Source of the DNA: Gracilinanus agilis | Lineage: Eukaryota | Reading direction: 5' to 3' | Length of the DNA: 64,000 nt | Assembly (NCBI RefSeq): GCF_016433145.1 | Contig: NC_058133.1 | Location: forward strand, 63,077,420-63,141,419 | Part shown: positions 23,719 to 35,414 of the stretch, one piece after another | How the letters are laid out: each line of letters starts with the position of its first letter | Position numbering within the stretch: position 1 is the stretch's first letter | The notes under the pieces: model-generated | The model's input: the letters and a program-made list of their open reading frames with translations, nothing else | Databases searched by the model: none | What the model was told of the DNA's origin: nothing | Position numbers and translations under genes: made by a program

Positions 23719-26256
23719 TTTATTTTTACATTATGAATAAAAATAGTAATTGTGTAGCAGAGAAGCAGCAGAACCACTGAATGATTAGACTGAGGCACAT
23801 CTTACAGAACTAGATGTACTCTCCTGAGATTATAGAATTTACTTCCCAGGGCATTCCTGGTTAGTACTCAGTGACTGGAGCTGTCTCCAAAATAAATACC
23901 CACTAGAATAAGGGGGGGGGGGGATGAATTCTTATCAGAGGGACTTCCCCCATCTGGAGTCTAAAAGAAGCTAAGATGAATTGGATTAGATCCATCTGTT
24001 TCTTTTTTATCTTTCTTAAATGCTTCTTTTCCCTTTTAATTTCAGAGGGAATACAAGGAGGTAAACGGGGCTTTTCTCCTCTGCTAAAAATGAGCACTTT
24101 TAACAGAAACATGTATATGATTCAAGCAAACAAACGTTCGTAACTTGTAGAGATCCTGTACCTGGCAATACTAAGATTTCCTAATCACTAATGTATTTTT
24201 TTTATCTTTCCATTTCCCTTTCTGAGAGCAAGTCACTCATTTCTCAGTGAAAATGAGAAATGAGCATTTGCAGCCTTGTGGGTCTGAGAGTTCCCTAGTT
24301 CCTAAGTCCAATGCCAGCCTAATGAGAGATTTCCTTAACAAGTTGCTTTTTAAGAGAATCAATGCCAGGATTATTGTGTACCTAAGAGACTAAAGCTATG
24401 GCTGGCTGGCCAGAAGAGTTAAACTTTGTGGGTTTCTTGGAGAATACAAGTCTGAGATGAATGCAAAATGTCTATTTAGCAGTTTACAAAACTCTTTTAC
24501 TTTTCTGGGGGACTACAGTAAGGGAATGTATAAAGTGGTTAGGTTTCTTGTATTTGTTCATGCAAACCTGGGAGTCCCCCATATCTTGTGCAGGGGAGGA
24601 ATAAACTACTACCCCATACCTGTTATCTCTTTATACACTGAGCACCTTTTCTAGAAGGGACCCTTTAATTTACAGTTTAGGAGAAAACTTGGATATGACA
24701 CGAGTAAGTTTTGTTCTAGAAATTTCCCTAGAGTCTAACTGTAGGGTGGGGCCCTACATATAGCAAAATATGACCCTCTTGGGATCATGTTACCCTGACC
24801 AGGATGGAAGGTACCTACTGGACTGTGTGGCATATAACTGGAATTGTATTATTTTTCAAATGCCCTCAGCTCATGGAGTGAGAGATCATTTAATCCAGCC
24901 CCCTCATTTCACAGGTAAATACAATAAATCCCAGGGCACAAAGTAATTAGCTCCAAATCACAGATTCAAGAAGTGATACAGGCAGGTCCTCTGATCCCAA
25001 ACCAGAGCTCTCCACTGTATCAATAAAGCCAGAAGTAAATTGCCATTTTAAATTGCATGAACAAATGGACATTGGGCTCATTAAACATCAAGTGCCAATC
25101 AAAATATCCATTTAAAAACAAAGAGATGTGGAAAAGGCTGAGTAACAATAATTAGAATAACAGAAAACCAGGAGGAAAGCATTCCCTGGAAATACAAGCA
25201 CTTTAGACAGGTCTGAGAAGGTGAGGTTTGACTAGTTACAATGTTATTTAAACACATGAAATGTAAAAGTCTTCAAATATATCACAACTGGAAACCAGAT
25301 TTGCAAAAAGGCATGGATTTAATGTTTGAATACAACGGTGAACTGATCACTGGAAACCATCCAAAGATCTTCCTCTGTAACACAATACATAGCATTCTCT
25401 CTTTGCTCAATTCTCACAAAGCTTTGTTTCCCTCCCCATCCTTGCTGTTAGTGTCTCATTTCAACAAGTTAGCTTGCATTAATGCATTGATTTTAATTTA
25501 TTTTGTATGTGCTTATATGTGTACATAATTAACTCCAATAAAATGTACACTGATTGAGGGAAGGACCTGTTTTGTTTTGTTCTTGCACATGGTAGACACT
25601 CAATTGAACTGTTATATCATGTGAGCCATAAAATAGGAAGCTATTTGCTTGCCATAGGTGTTAGCCACTGTCCAGGGAAGAGAACAAATGGAAAAGGATT
25701 TCACCACAGATGATATAGGAAGGAAGGAAACTAACATTTATTAAATACCTACTAAGGGTCAGGCACCATGCTAATCACTTTACAAATATTATCTCATTTG
25801 ATCCTCACAACAACCTGGGAGATAGATGCTATTATTATCTCCATTTTACAGTTGAAGAAACTGAGGCAAATTGAGGTTAAATAACTTGCCCCAGGGTCAG
25901 AGATCTATGGCCAGTTTTGAACTCATCTTCTTGACTCCCAGTACTCTCTTCATTATGTCACCTACCATAGTCCTCCAAATGTTACTGTTTTCAAATGACA
26001 CTTATGAACTAAATCAAACCTGGAACATTTCAGAGCTTGCTAAATGAAATTTATTTGATTATTCAAAACTTTTAAAATGAAGTGGATGAAAAATGTTTAA
26101 GGCAAATAAACTAAAAAATGTATAAAACTCCAATTCTCATCACTATGTACATTAATCAACTTTCTTTACAATAAAACATATCCTTAGGTTTTCTCCTTTG
26201 TTAAAAAGTCTATCTTTCAGCAAGGATTGACTGAGCTGCTATGCTTCCAAACACAA

Positions 26257-26288
<32 letters not shown>

Positions 26289-27331
26289 CAGCTAGGTGGG
26301 ACAGTAGGTAGAATACTGGTCTGGAATCAGGATAGAGCTAAGTTCAAATCCAAGCTTAGACATCTTTTAGATGTGTGATACTGGACATCCTATGGCCTTA
26401 TAAATAAATAATCAAGTGGCATAGGCCACAATTTTACAGCTCCTTTGTTCTCCTGACCTTGGTTTCTTCATCTGTAAAATGGGTATAATAATTGTACCTC
26501 CCTCCAGGGACTATGAAGATGAAATGAGATATATGTAAAGCATTTTGCAAATCTTTAAATGTCTAATTATTAAGGAATAGTTAATTATTACATTAGTTTA
26601 CAAAGTACAGGCTTTACAACGTTTTAAAACAAAAATTTAAAAATACATGCAAGAAGGAACAGCTAAGCTAGGTGGCTCTGAGGATTGACAACCAGGCCTC
26701 GGTTCACTTCCTAGCTGTTCCTCCCTGGGCAAGTCACTTAACTACCACTGCCTAGTCCTTACCGCTCTTCTGCCTTGGGACGAATACACAGTGTTGATTC
26801 TATAATGGACGGTAGGGTTGTTTTTGTTTTTTTAATTCAATAAGCAACATTTATACAATGCTTTAAGGTTTGAGGTTTGCAAAGAGCTTTAAAATAAGCC
26901 TTATGTAATGTAAGTCAACTGACGGGCAAATTGGCCCACAATTCTGTGTGCCTTAAACTTGGAGTGATGAGTGTTGATGATACCGAGGGGAGGCATGGCA
27001 TCTGTGACGCTAGGGCAGGCTGGGGGAAGCTGACTTCATAGAGAGCAGCATAATCAGGTTAGCAAAAGACCAAAGCAGTCTCCCCATGACGTCATCCTTT
27101 CCGCTCTACGTCCCCCAGGAAGCGGAGGTGGGAGGGGTTGGGAAGGGGTCTTAGGGAGCCTGGCAGCCTCAGAAAGAACGGAGGATAGGAAGTGGAGGAT
27201 ACTGACCCAGTCAAAAGAAGTATGGAACCAGAGCGGCTCCCTCCCACCCATCCCAAGCCCTTGGGGAACCTGGATGTGGTAGGGGGCATCGACCCGAGGT
27301 CTAAAAGGCGCCGCCACCGGCTGGCACTCAC

Positions 27332-27334
27332 CAT
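27332..27334 (-). CDS. NME7: NME7 (nucleoside diphosphate kinase 7) exon 1 coding part: start codon only
   Basis: Minus strand reads gacgccATG|gtgagtgcc (Kozak-like ATG followed directly by a consensus donor) in a CpG island head-to-head with BLZF1; matches the human NME7/BLZF1 arrangement as I recall it. Exon 2 not recognised in 1-27331, so the identity rests on synteny. Confidence 0.75.
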
Positions 27335-27412
27335 GGCGTCAGGGACTCCAGTACCGCGAACCTAGTAGTCAGTTACCGCGCAAGACGCTCTGCACGTTTT
27401 CCCAGTTGGCTG

Positions 27413-27426
27413 GTTACTATGGCAAC
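27413..27426. promoter_or_regulatory. RFX X-box
   Basis: gttactatggcaac matches the GTTRCYATGGYAAC consensus, ~80 bp upstream of the NME7 ATG; NME7 is a ciliary/centrosomal gene. Confidence 0.65.
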
Positions 27427-27559
27427 CTAACCCCGCCCACGAGTTTCATCTCCTTCTTCGGCCCCGCCCCTTTTCTCGAGGGCTTCTCTGAGATCAGACC
27501 TGTCGAGGTCCTGCCCACTTCCTTTGATTTGCCCTTCCCTTCCACGCCGTCGCTCCAGG

Positions 27560-27682
27560 CGACGTGACACCGCACTCCAGTCGTTGTCGTCTTAGCTTTT
27601 GCTTTATGTCCCTTTGACCCGGAAACGAAGGCTATTAAAGAACCAGAGTGACTTACGTTCCCGCAACTATTACTTTTGACAG
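27560..27682 (+). other. BLZF1: Candidate BLZF1 non-coding exon 1a (5' end unknown)
   Basis: Donor gacag|gtaatt with GT at 27683 within the promoter island; TSS not determinable. Confidence 0.4.
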
Positions 27683-27789
27683 GTAATTTGCCTTTAGTTT
27701 CCGTGACTGATGCCCCATGCCATTGTCGTTCGGTTTAAACATACACTTTGAACAGAAGCCCAGAACAATATTTCCATTAGAGGATGGAG

Positions 27790-27922
27790 ATAACCCGGAA
27801 GCGAATCTCCCAGAAGCCGGAAAGTGTCAGAGAAGAAAGAAGCTAGGTTTTTCTGGCCGGCCGCGGGCGGCTGTGCAGCCCAAACAGTGAAAAGTGGGAG
27901 AAACAGCCCAGTGAAATCTACG
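27790..27922 (+). other. BLZF1: Candidate BLZF1 non-coding exon 1b (5' end unknown)
   Basis: Strong donor ctacg|gtaaga with GT at 27923, downstream of two ccggaa motifs. Confidence 0.45.
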
Positions 27923-28744
27923 GTAAGATCAACAGCCCACCCCCGCCTCCGATAAAGAGAATGAAAGAGGTGGTTGGGCTGTGGGGAGAGTGGTATAAGT
28001 TACTAATCAGGATTGAATGGGCAGTGTAGGCAGGGCCGGGGTCCTGTTTCCCCAGTCTGCGAGGCCAGAAAACATCATTAGGTGCCTCTTGTTCATGTTT
28101 TCATTACCTAATTTCGTTGGCATTCTTCGTGGGTGTCTTGTTGTGAGAAGTTCGGGAAAGAAGTTTCCGCGGGGGCCACGTTATGCTTTTCCCAAGAAGA
28201 GACAGTCTTGGACACCCTTCCCCTAAGATTAGAACCGAGGGGAGATTATAATATGTGGGGAATCCTTCAGATACAAAAAAACATGTGTCTGTCCATTCTG
28301 AGCCATTCGTTTTACCAAAGACCCTGAGAATCACTTTTTTGATTCTTCTGTGTATCCTGTCAGTAATAACTACCATTAAGTATTCTGTTATCATTAATAA
28401 GAATTTAATTATTTTTTTAATCCAAGGCAGAAGCCCCATACATCCCTGTTTAGATTGTGAAATGGTGCAGCGTCAACACATTGGTGGCAATGTTGATGAC
28501 ATTGTTGGAAGTCACTGCATTGGCATTAATTTGGTAATGATATTGCATCAGATTGGTTTTTCCATGCAAAGGATGCCTCTGGGTCTTAGAATTTTAGAGC
28601 TTAGGATACTTTAAAGGCCCATACTATTATATATAGCCATTCCTGACCTGTAAACTCTGGTGAATCTTATGTATAGATTAATTCATTAAAAAACAAAAGA
28701 AACCAAAAAAAAAAAAACACTTTTTTTCTCTAAACTGTTGTCAA

Positions 28745-28939
28745 GGGCAGCTGGGTAGCTCAGTGGATTGAGAGTCAGGCCTAGAGACTGGAGGTCCTAG
28801 GTTCAAATGTGACCTCAGATACTTCCCAGCTGTGTGACCCTGGGCAAGTCACTTGACCCTCATTGCCTCTCCTTACCATTCTTCTGCCTTGGAGCCAATA
28901 CACAGTATTGACTCCAAGACGGAAGTTAAGGGTTTTATT

Positions 28940-28970
<31 letters not shown>
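28745..28970 (+). mobile_element. SINE1_MD-like SINE with long A-tail
   Basis: Full head and 3' tail; A-run 28944-28970. Confidence 0.9.
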
Positions 28971-28973
<3 letters not shown>

Positions 28974-30232
28974 ACTATTGTATCACCTATATTGTATTTC
29001 AAACATAAGTTAATGTTATTGTGATTATGAAAGCATAAATGTATTTAAAGTATTTAATTTCTAGAGCTTTTTATCATTTTGCATTTTCTTAATAAATGAA
29101 TACTAATAGTACAACTACCGCCATGTGAAATCTGTTAATTTTTTTTTTTTTAGATTAAAAGAGAAATTCTTGTACTAGAAAGAAGTAAAAAAATCACTAT
29201 CATAGGTGTTGGAACATTGGATTAAGAATCAAAATACCTGCTAGTTCCTTGACTTTATTCCTTGATCTATACTTCTCCTTGGGTGAATAACTTAACTTTT
29301 TTGATCCTCAGCCTCGTAGGATAATACTGAACTTTCTAAGGTCTTTTCTGACTCAAAAAAACAGTGGTACCCTAGTCCAACCCTCTTCTGTAGCATCCTA
29401 TATGAGTTGCATTCAAGTCTGTCTCTGCTTGAACTCTTACTAAAATAGAGAACCTGTGGAGGAAATCTGTTCTGTTTTCAGACAGCTTTAATTATTATGG
29501 GGTTTTTGCTTATTTTGAACAAAAATCTGCCATCCTATGATATTCACTGATTGGCCTTGTTCTGTACTTTCGAACTAAGCAGAACAAATTATCCTTCTTT
29601 TTGACAGTCCTTCAAATAAAGGACATATATTATGTCCTCCTTAGTCTTTTTGTGAAGCTAATCCTTTATTTTCTCCAGCATTTTGCCACTAGCCTTATAG
29701 TTCTCTATAAAGAGATAAAACTGATACTATTAGTTGATAAAAGGAACTCCTATAGGTAGAAATTTCTTTTCCTTGTGTAAGTCTGCCCCTTCTCTGCAAA
29801 TCTTAGAATTATGTAGGGCACTGAGACACTAAGGGACTTGTCTAGGGTCACACAGCCAGTAAATGTCAGGAGTAAGACTTGGACCTAGCTCTTCCTAGTT
29901 TCAAGTTCAGTTAGTTCTCTATCCATTTCACCATACTTCCTCCATCTACAGTTTGTTCATGTTTTGCCACATGTGCTATGCAGAATGAAAGCAATAATCC
30001 AGATTTCTGCCCAGCAGTACAAGATAGTGTAAGAGATTATATCACATAAAATCAAAGATCAGAGGTAACTGGGGTACATAGAATCTCACTGTAAAGGCAG
30101 TTTATAGTTTAGAATATTTCATGAAAGGAGACCGTTGTTGCATTAACTTAAATTTTGTTAATTCTTTTATGCTTATACATTTCTAGATTTTTCAGCAGCA
30201 GTCTTCTAGTAAAGTCCTTTGAATAAGGAAAA

Positions 30233-30263
30233 ATGACTTCCTTAGAAAGCACTGAAGTAAAAG
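30233..30263 (+). CDS. BLZF1: BLZF1 (golgin-45) coding exon 1: MTSLESTEVK, phase 1
   Basis: Acceptor tttctag at 30184-30186, aaaATG at 30233, donor AAG|gtaagt at 30264; joins in frame to 34972. Confidence 0.85.
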
Positions 30264-33200
30264 GTAAGTATTTTTTCATGCATAATAAAAAAGAATAGAA
30301 TTTAAGAATTTAGTGTAATGTAAGAATTTAAGAACTTATAGTAATATGTTCATATAATACTACATTTTGTAATTTAGATGATTGGGCAATAAAGTATTAA
30401 ATGTTACCATGATTTAAGTCATATTTGTCTGCTGTGGTTTTGTCAAATGCTATAAAAGTACATTTTTCAAATGTGCCCTTTCTGATAGAAGATTGATATA
30501 GACTAAATCAAGTATACAAGTAAATAGCAAGTAACAGATATACAAGATAGGTACAGATATCCTAACTTAAGCCAATCCTACCTACGAAAATTACTTTTAA
30601 ACAGAGGATAAGGGGTGATCTTTTTCACAATGAAAGGATTTGTAGTTGCCCATTTAAAGGGCAAACTTCTCTAATGGTTTTTAATTATGAATTGATTTAC
30701 AAAAATGTTATGTGCATGTAAATATATTTGCCTATAACTTTTCAGGAACCTCTTAATGTAAATTCATTTCACTAAGTATCTTTTGAACACCTCAAAAATA
30801 TTTTGATAGACATTTGAGAAAATAGATGAGTGTAACATAGTCTTGACCTTTATGGAGCTTATAATCTACCATGAGTTAAGACAGATAAACAAATAAATAT
30901 GCTACAATTAATATCCATTAAAAAGGTATGAAGTATTTTAGATGTTCAGAGAAAAGGAAACTTGATCTAAGAGTTTGGAGAAGGCTCCATGACGGAGAGA
31001 TATTTAAACTGATCCTCCAGGGTTAAGTGTGATTTCACCACACAGAGATGCAAGAAGAGATAATGAGCCATCTAAAGATAGTTACACACTGAAATAATTT
31101 AAAATAAAAAGCAAAACATTCAGAATTTAGGGACATTAGATAAAATAGATTACAGTTCAGAAGGGATCATGCCTTTGTACTTGGCATTTAATAACTAGAA
31201 AAGACCTCAAATAAGGTAGAATTTTTAAATAGTTCTTTAAGGAATGAATGAAAGATGTTTCAAAGACTAGAAGGAAAAGTAAATCTCCCTTCTTTTGCAC
31301 CTAGAAGCAGTTTCATAGCCAAACTCCTTGAAGCCATCTCCACCCCAGTCTTCTCCTTAACCTGCTCACTTCTCTCTTGCAATCCCACTTCTTAATTCTT
31401 CCCTTTACAAGAACTGCTCTCCAGAATTACTGAAGTTCTTTTTTATTGCAAACTCAGTGGATTTTTCTCAGTCTAGCTCTTGATCTGAACATCTCAGGAA
31501 TAATCCTTTTCCTTTGACTCCTGATATTTCTCTCTACTGTTGCTTCTCCAATTATTCCTTCAGTTGCCTTTGCTAGATCGTCATTTTTCTAACCATAGCC
31601 ATCTTCTAAGGCTCTACCTTGGGCCCCTATCTCAACTCTCTTTACAATCTTTTGATGCAGATGACTCCCAAATCTGCCTGTCCCTAAGCTTTTTTTCTGA
31701 ACTGAAATCAGCTCAACATCACCATTTTCTTCAAGAACATTTCTACATCTAGATATCCCAAAGACTTCTCAGACTCAGCAACATTCAAAACAACTTATCT
31801 CCCCCCGGAAAAAAATTCACTACTCTTCCAAACTTCCTATTTCATTTAATCATACAACCAATCTTCCAGTCTCCCCCATATACCATCTTCAGGCATTTCC
31901 TCAACTCTTCACTCTCCTTTGTTCTATTAGCTTTATCCATATCCTTCCCAAACTAGTGCCCAAAAGTGCTCTTTTGCCCATTTTAAAAATTCCATTTTTA
32001 GGACTTGATATACAAGGAATCAGAGCAGCTTTAGATGCTTTTTCCATTTGGAAAGATGTTAAAATCTTTAAAGATTAAGTAGTGTCCTGTGTTGTTATGG
32101 CTTTACATTTCAAAAACCATTTAAGGACTCCTACAGTGAATTTGGATGGAGATTAAGAAGGACTTTGCTATAACACCATCAGTTTGACTGTTCTAAATTA
32201 AATAGAGCTACAGTGAAACTTTATTACTATAGCTGTGTCTTTGAGGTTTCTCGTAAATTTTCTTTTGTTTGACAGCAATTCTGTCTCAAGTTTTTAAAAG
32301 TTTTTTTATGCTTAGAAAGTTTTGCTTCACATTCAATGAAGGTATTTGCTTTGGGGTAACACATCAATATATTCATTTAGAGACTGGTACAGTCCCCAGC
32401 CACATTGAGTAAAGCAGTACATAGTAGAACTGCTTATGTACAATTCATTTGGCTACCTGAGATCTACATGCATCTTCTGTATTCACAATTCAATTTTAAG
32501 CAACTTGAACATAAGGACTATTTCTTATGTCTTTGTGTCCCTGGTGTTTATCCCATATGCAATAAATGCTTATTGGTTGTGCTGTTGATGATGAGGAATC
32601 AGGCTCATTATGAACATCATTTGTTGTATTGTGCTGTAATATGTTAGTTTTTCTGTCCCTTTCTGAGCACAAGTATGCCTACATCAGCGATTTTTCTCTT
32701 TCTAATTTTTTTCCTAATCTTTAGTGGCCTGGGAAATAAGATAACCAAGGTTGTTAAGAGTTGTGCATAAAATAAAAAACAATATGCTTTAAATATTGAT
32801 GTAAGGGCATCCTCTTTCAAGGAAAATGCATTGATTTTAATGCCTAGTCTTTATGACAGCTATTTCAGATTCCTCCTATTTTGCTTCTGTGGGGTTTTGT
32901 TGTTGTTGTTGGAGGTTTTGGGCAGGGGGGTGTTAGATTTTGTTTGTTTGTTTGTTTTTTGGCTGGGCTTAATATGACTGACATCAGAAATCTGACCTTT
33001 AGATAAGCAGGATGTTACTGAATAAGTTAATATGGTACCTAATGGCTAGGCTTAACTACATGCTCAAAATTCCCAGGCATTTTTTAATTTATCTCATTGC
33101 CAAATTCCAAAATCAGGTGTGGTCTATTCATTGAATCAGTGTTATTTCTTTCTCAGGAGAATGACAAAGTAAAGCATTTCCTAGTTTATTCACTTTAAGA

Positions 33201-33650
33201 CCGGGTGGAAGGGAATAATCTGATCTGTGAATGTTTTTTATTTCCTGTGTTAATTTCAAAATATAAGGAGGAAGCCAGTTCCAGTCAACTGATATTTGCC
33301 AAAGATATAATATGAATTCAGGACTATTAAACATTGTATAGGATAGAAAAGAAGCATAAGATACAGGCGTATTGTCCTTGAGAGCTTAGGCTCATAAAGA
33401 GACATGAAAAAATTATAAAGTGGTAAAACCTAAGTTTATGTTCCAGAATAAAATAATTTAGCCAGTATTTTGCTTTATAAATCAGAAGTCAGAGATCACT
33501 ATGACTGGAGCAATCAAGGATATCATAGAGAAGGAGATGGGACTGAATCCTAACATATGAGTGAGAATTAGGAAGAAAAAAAAAAATAGGGAAGCCATCC
33601 TAGAAGAGTAGGACATGACAGAGAAAAAGACATGTTTTTGAAAGTAAGAT

Positions 33651-33848
33651 GAGCAGCTAAGTGGCTCAATGGATAGAGGGGCACACCTAGAGAAGGGAGG
33701 TCCTAGGTTCAAATGTGACTTCAGTCACTTCCTAGCTGTGTGACTCTTGTCATTTGGCCCTAGTTGCCAAACCTCTAAGACTTTTCTGCCTTGGAACCAA
33801 TACTTAGTACTGATTTTAAGACAGAAGGTAAAGATTTTTTTTTTTTAA
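33651..33848 (+). mobile_element. SINE1_MD-like SINE (older copy)
   Basis: Diverged head, gtcctaggttcaaat B-box region, ttggaaccaatac tail. Confidence 0.8.
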
Positions 33849-34971
33849 GTCAGAAAGAAAGGAAATGAATTATTACCTTGATTTTTTTTCCCCCATTTAA
33901 TAGAAAAAAATCTAGGTAAATGCTTGCAGTTTTATTTACATGTAATTCAGTTCTTTACAATGTAATGGTATCCACCAGTAATTTGGGAACTTTTGTACAG
34001 TAATTTTATGTGTCCTTAATTTACTGACTAGTGTATAAGGTTGTTTGTTTTTTTTTCCTGAAAGATTATAGATTTAGGGAAGGAGTGAGTTGGGTGGCCT
34101 AGCCCTTACCACTCTTCTTCCTTGGAGCCAATACACAGTATTCCCAGACAGAAAGTAAAAGTTTAAAAAAAAAAAAGATTATAGATTGGGGCCAGATGAA
34201 AGATAGCTTTGAACCCCACCCCTGAGATTCATATATCTTTCTTCTTGTAATGGGGGAACCAGTAAAGGTTTTGAATAGAGAATTGACATGAAAAAAAATA
34301 ATGTTGAAGGAATATGAATCTGGTGGCAGTTAAGCAGAATTTTATAATTGCAGCAGGTGATTATTGAACATATAGAGTTTACTCTTACACTGAATTCTTC
34401 CCATAGTCCAAAATAAAAAATAAATAAAAGAAACTCTCTCTTCTTTACCACCACCACCCCCAAATACTGCTACAAGTTACAAAAAATAAACTGGTCCTAT
34501 TTAGGGGTAGACAAGCTAACATTTTACTTATATTTCTGTGGCTACTATAACACTAATTGGTAAAGGAAGAAAGACTATTCACTTGTGAAAAATCTAATGA
34601 AATGAGAGGTAAATCCTTTGAGAAAATGTGTATATTTTTAGGTGGAGCGGTAGATAGATCCTTAGTCTTGAAGTCAAATAGACATCAAATCCTACCTCAT
34701 ACATTCCTTAGCTGGGTGACTGTGGGGAAATCCCTTAATCTTTCTGTGCCTCAGTTTCCTCATTGGTAAAATGAGAATAATAATAGTTTCTCCCTGTCAG
34801 TTTTGTTGTGAGGATAAAATGAGATAATATTTGTAAAGCACTTTGCAAACCTTAAAGCACTATGTCAATGCTAGCTATGAATTATTATTTAATATCAATA
34901 ATTTTAAATTATAAAGCAGAGCAGAACAATTTTATTAGTAAATTCTTGTTCCTTTGTTTTCCACATGATAG

Positions 34972-35414
34972 TAAGTCCTCCTTCTGTACCAATCCGTGGA
35001 GCTGGAGATGGAATGGAAACTGAGCAGCCACATAAGTCTGTGGAAGTTACCTCTGGAGCTCATTCCCTAAGCTGTCACAACCTCCGAAGCCCACGGAAGA
35101 AACCCATTCCATCGCTGAGCCCAGGAGTGCTTCAGTTGGGCAAGGTTATTGCTGACAAAGCTATAGAAGTCGAAGCTGTTCGGATCCTGGTTCCCAAAGC
35201 TGCAATAACCCATGATATCCCTGCCAAAAATGCCAAACTGGTTAAGTCTCTGGGACATCATAAAGGAGAGCTTTTAGGTCAAGCAGATGGAGTCCTAGAT
35301 CCCAGAAAAGAGGTGTCAGAGCTAAAAAATAGAATGGAAAAGCTCAAGAACTCTGAAAAGAGATTGCTGCAGGATAAAGAAGGGCTTTCCAACCAGCTCC
35401 GAGTACAGACAGAG
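34972..35414 (+). CDS. BLZF1: BLZF1 coding exon 2 (VSPPSVPIRGAGDGMETE...NQLRVQTE)
   Basis: Clear homology to golgin-45 including the RGAGDG tankyrase-binding motif and the KAAITHDIP and LKNSEKRLLQDKEGLSNQLRVQTE segments; tag|TA acceptor, GAG|gtaaga donor; 31+443=474 nt, phase 0. Confidence 0.95.

Larger units (their letters stand above)
27000..28200. promoter_or_regulatory. CpG-rich bidirectional promoter NME7/BLZF1
   Basis: High CpG density; GC boxes (ggccccgcccc ~27460, ccccgcctcc ~27941), ETS-like ccggaa sites (~27619, ~27797, ~27817), CRE tgacgtca 27087-27094, X-box 27413-27426; divergent splice donors on both strands. Confidence 0.85.

Noticed and set aside
1-27331. NME7 exons 2-3
   Set aside because: No segment encoding an ERFVFIAEW or HDVKNHRTFLKR-like peptide found by eye; presumed left of the window. 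TBLASTN would settle it.
27092-27334. 80-aa minus ORF starting at the NME7 ATG
   Set aside because: Artefact of reading through the consensus gtgagt donor into intron 1.
28104-28614. Overlapping 111- and 119-aa ORFs, one containing VDDIV (RT-like)
   Set aside because: No other RT motifs or correct spacing; composition looks like intronic DNA.
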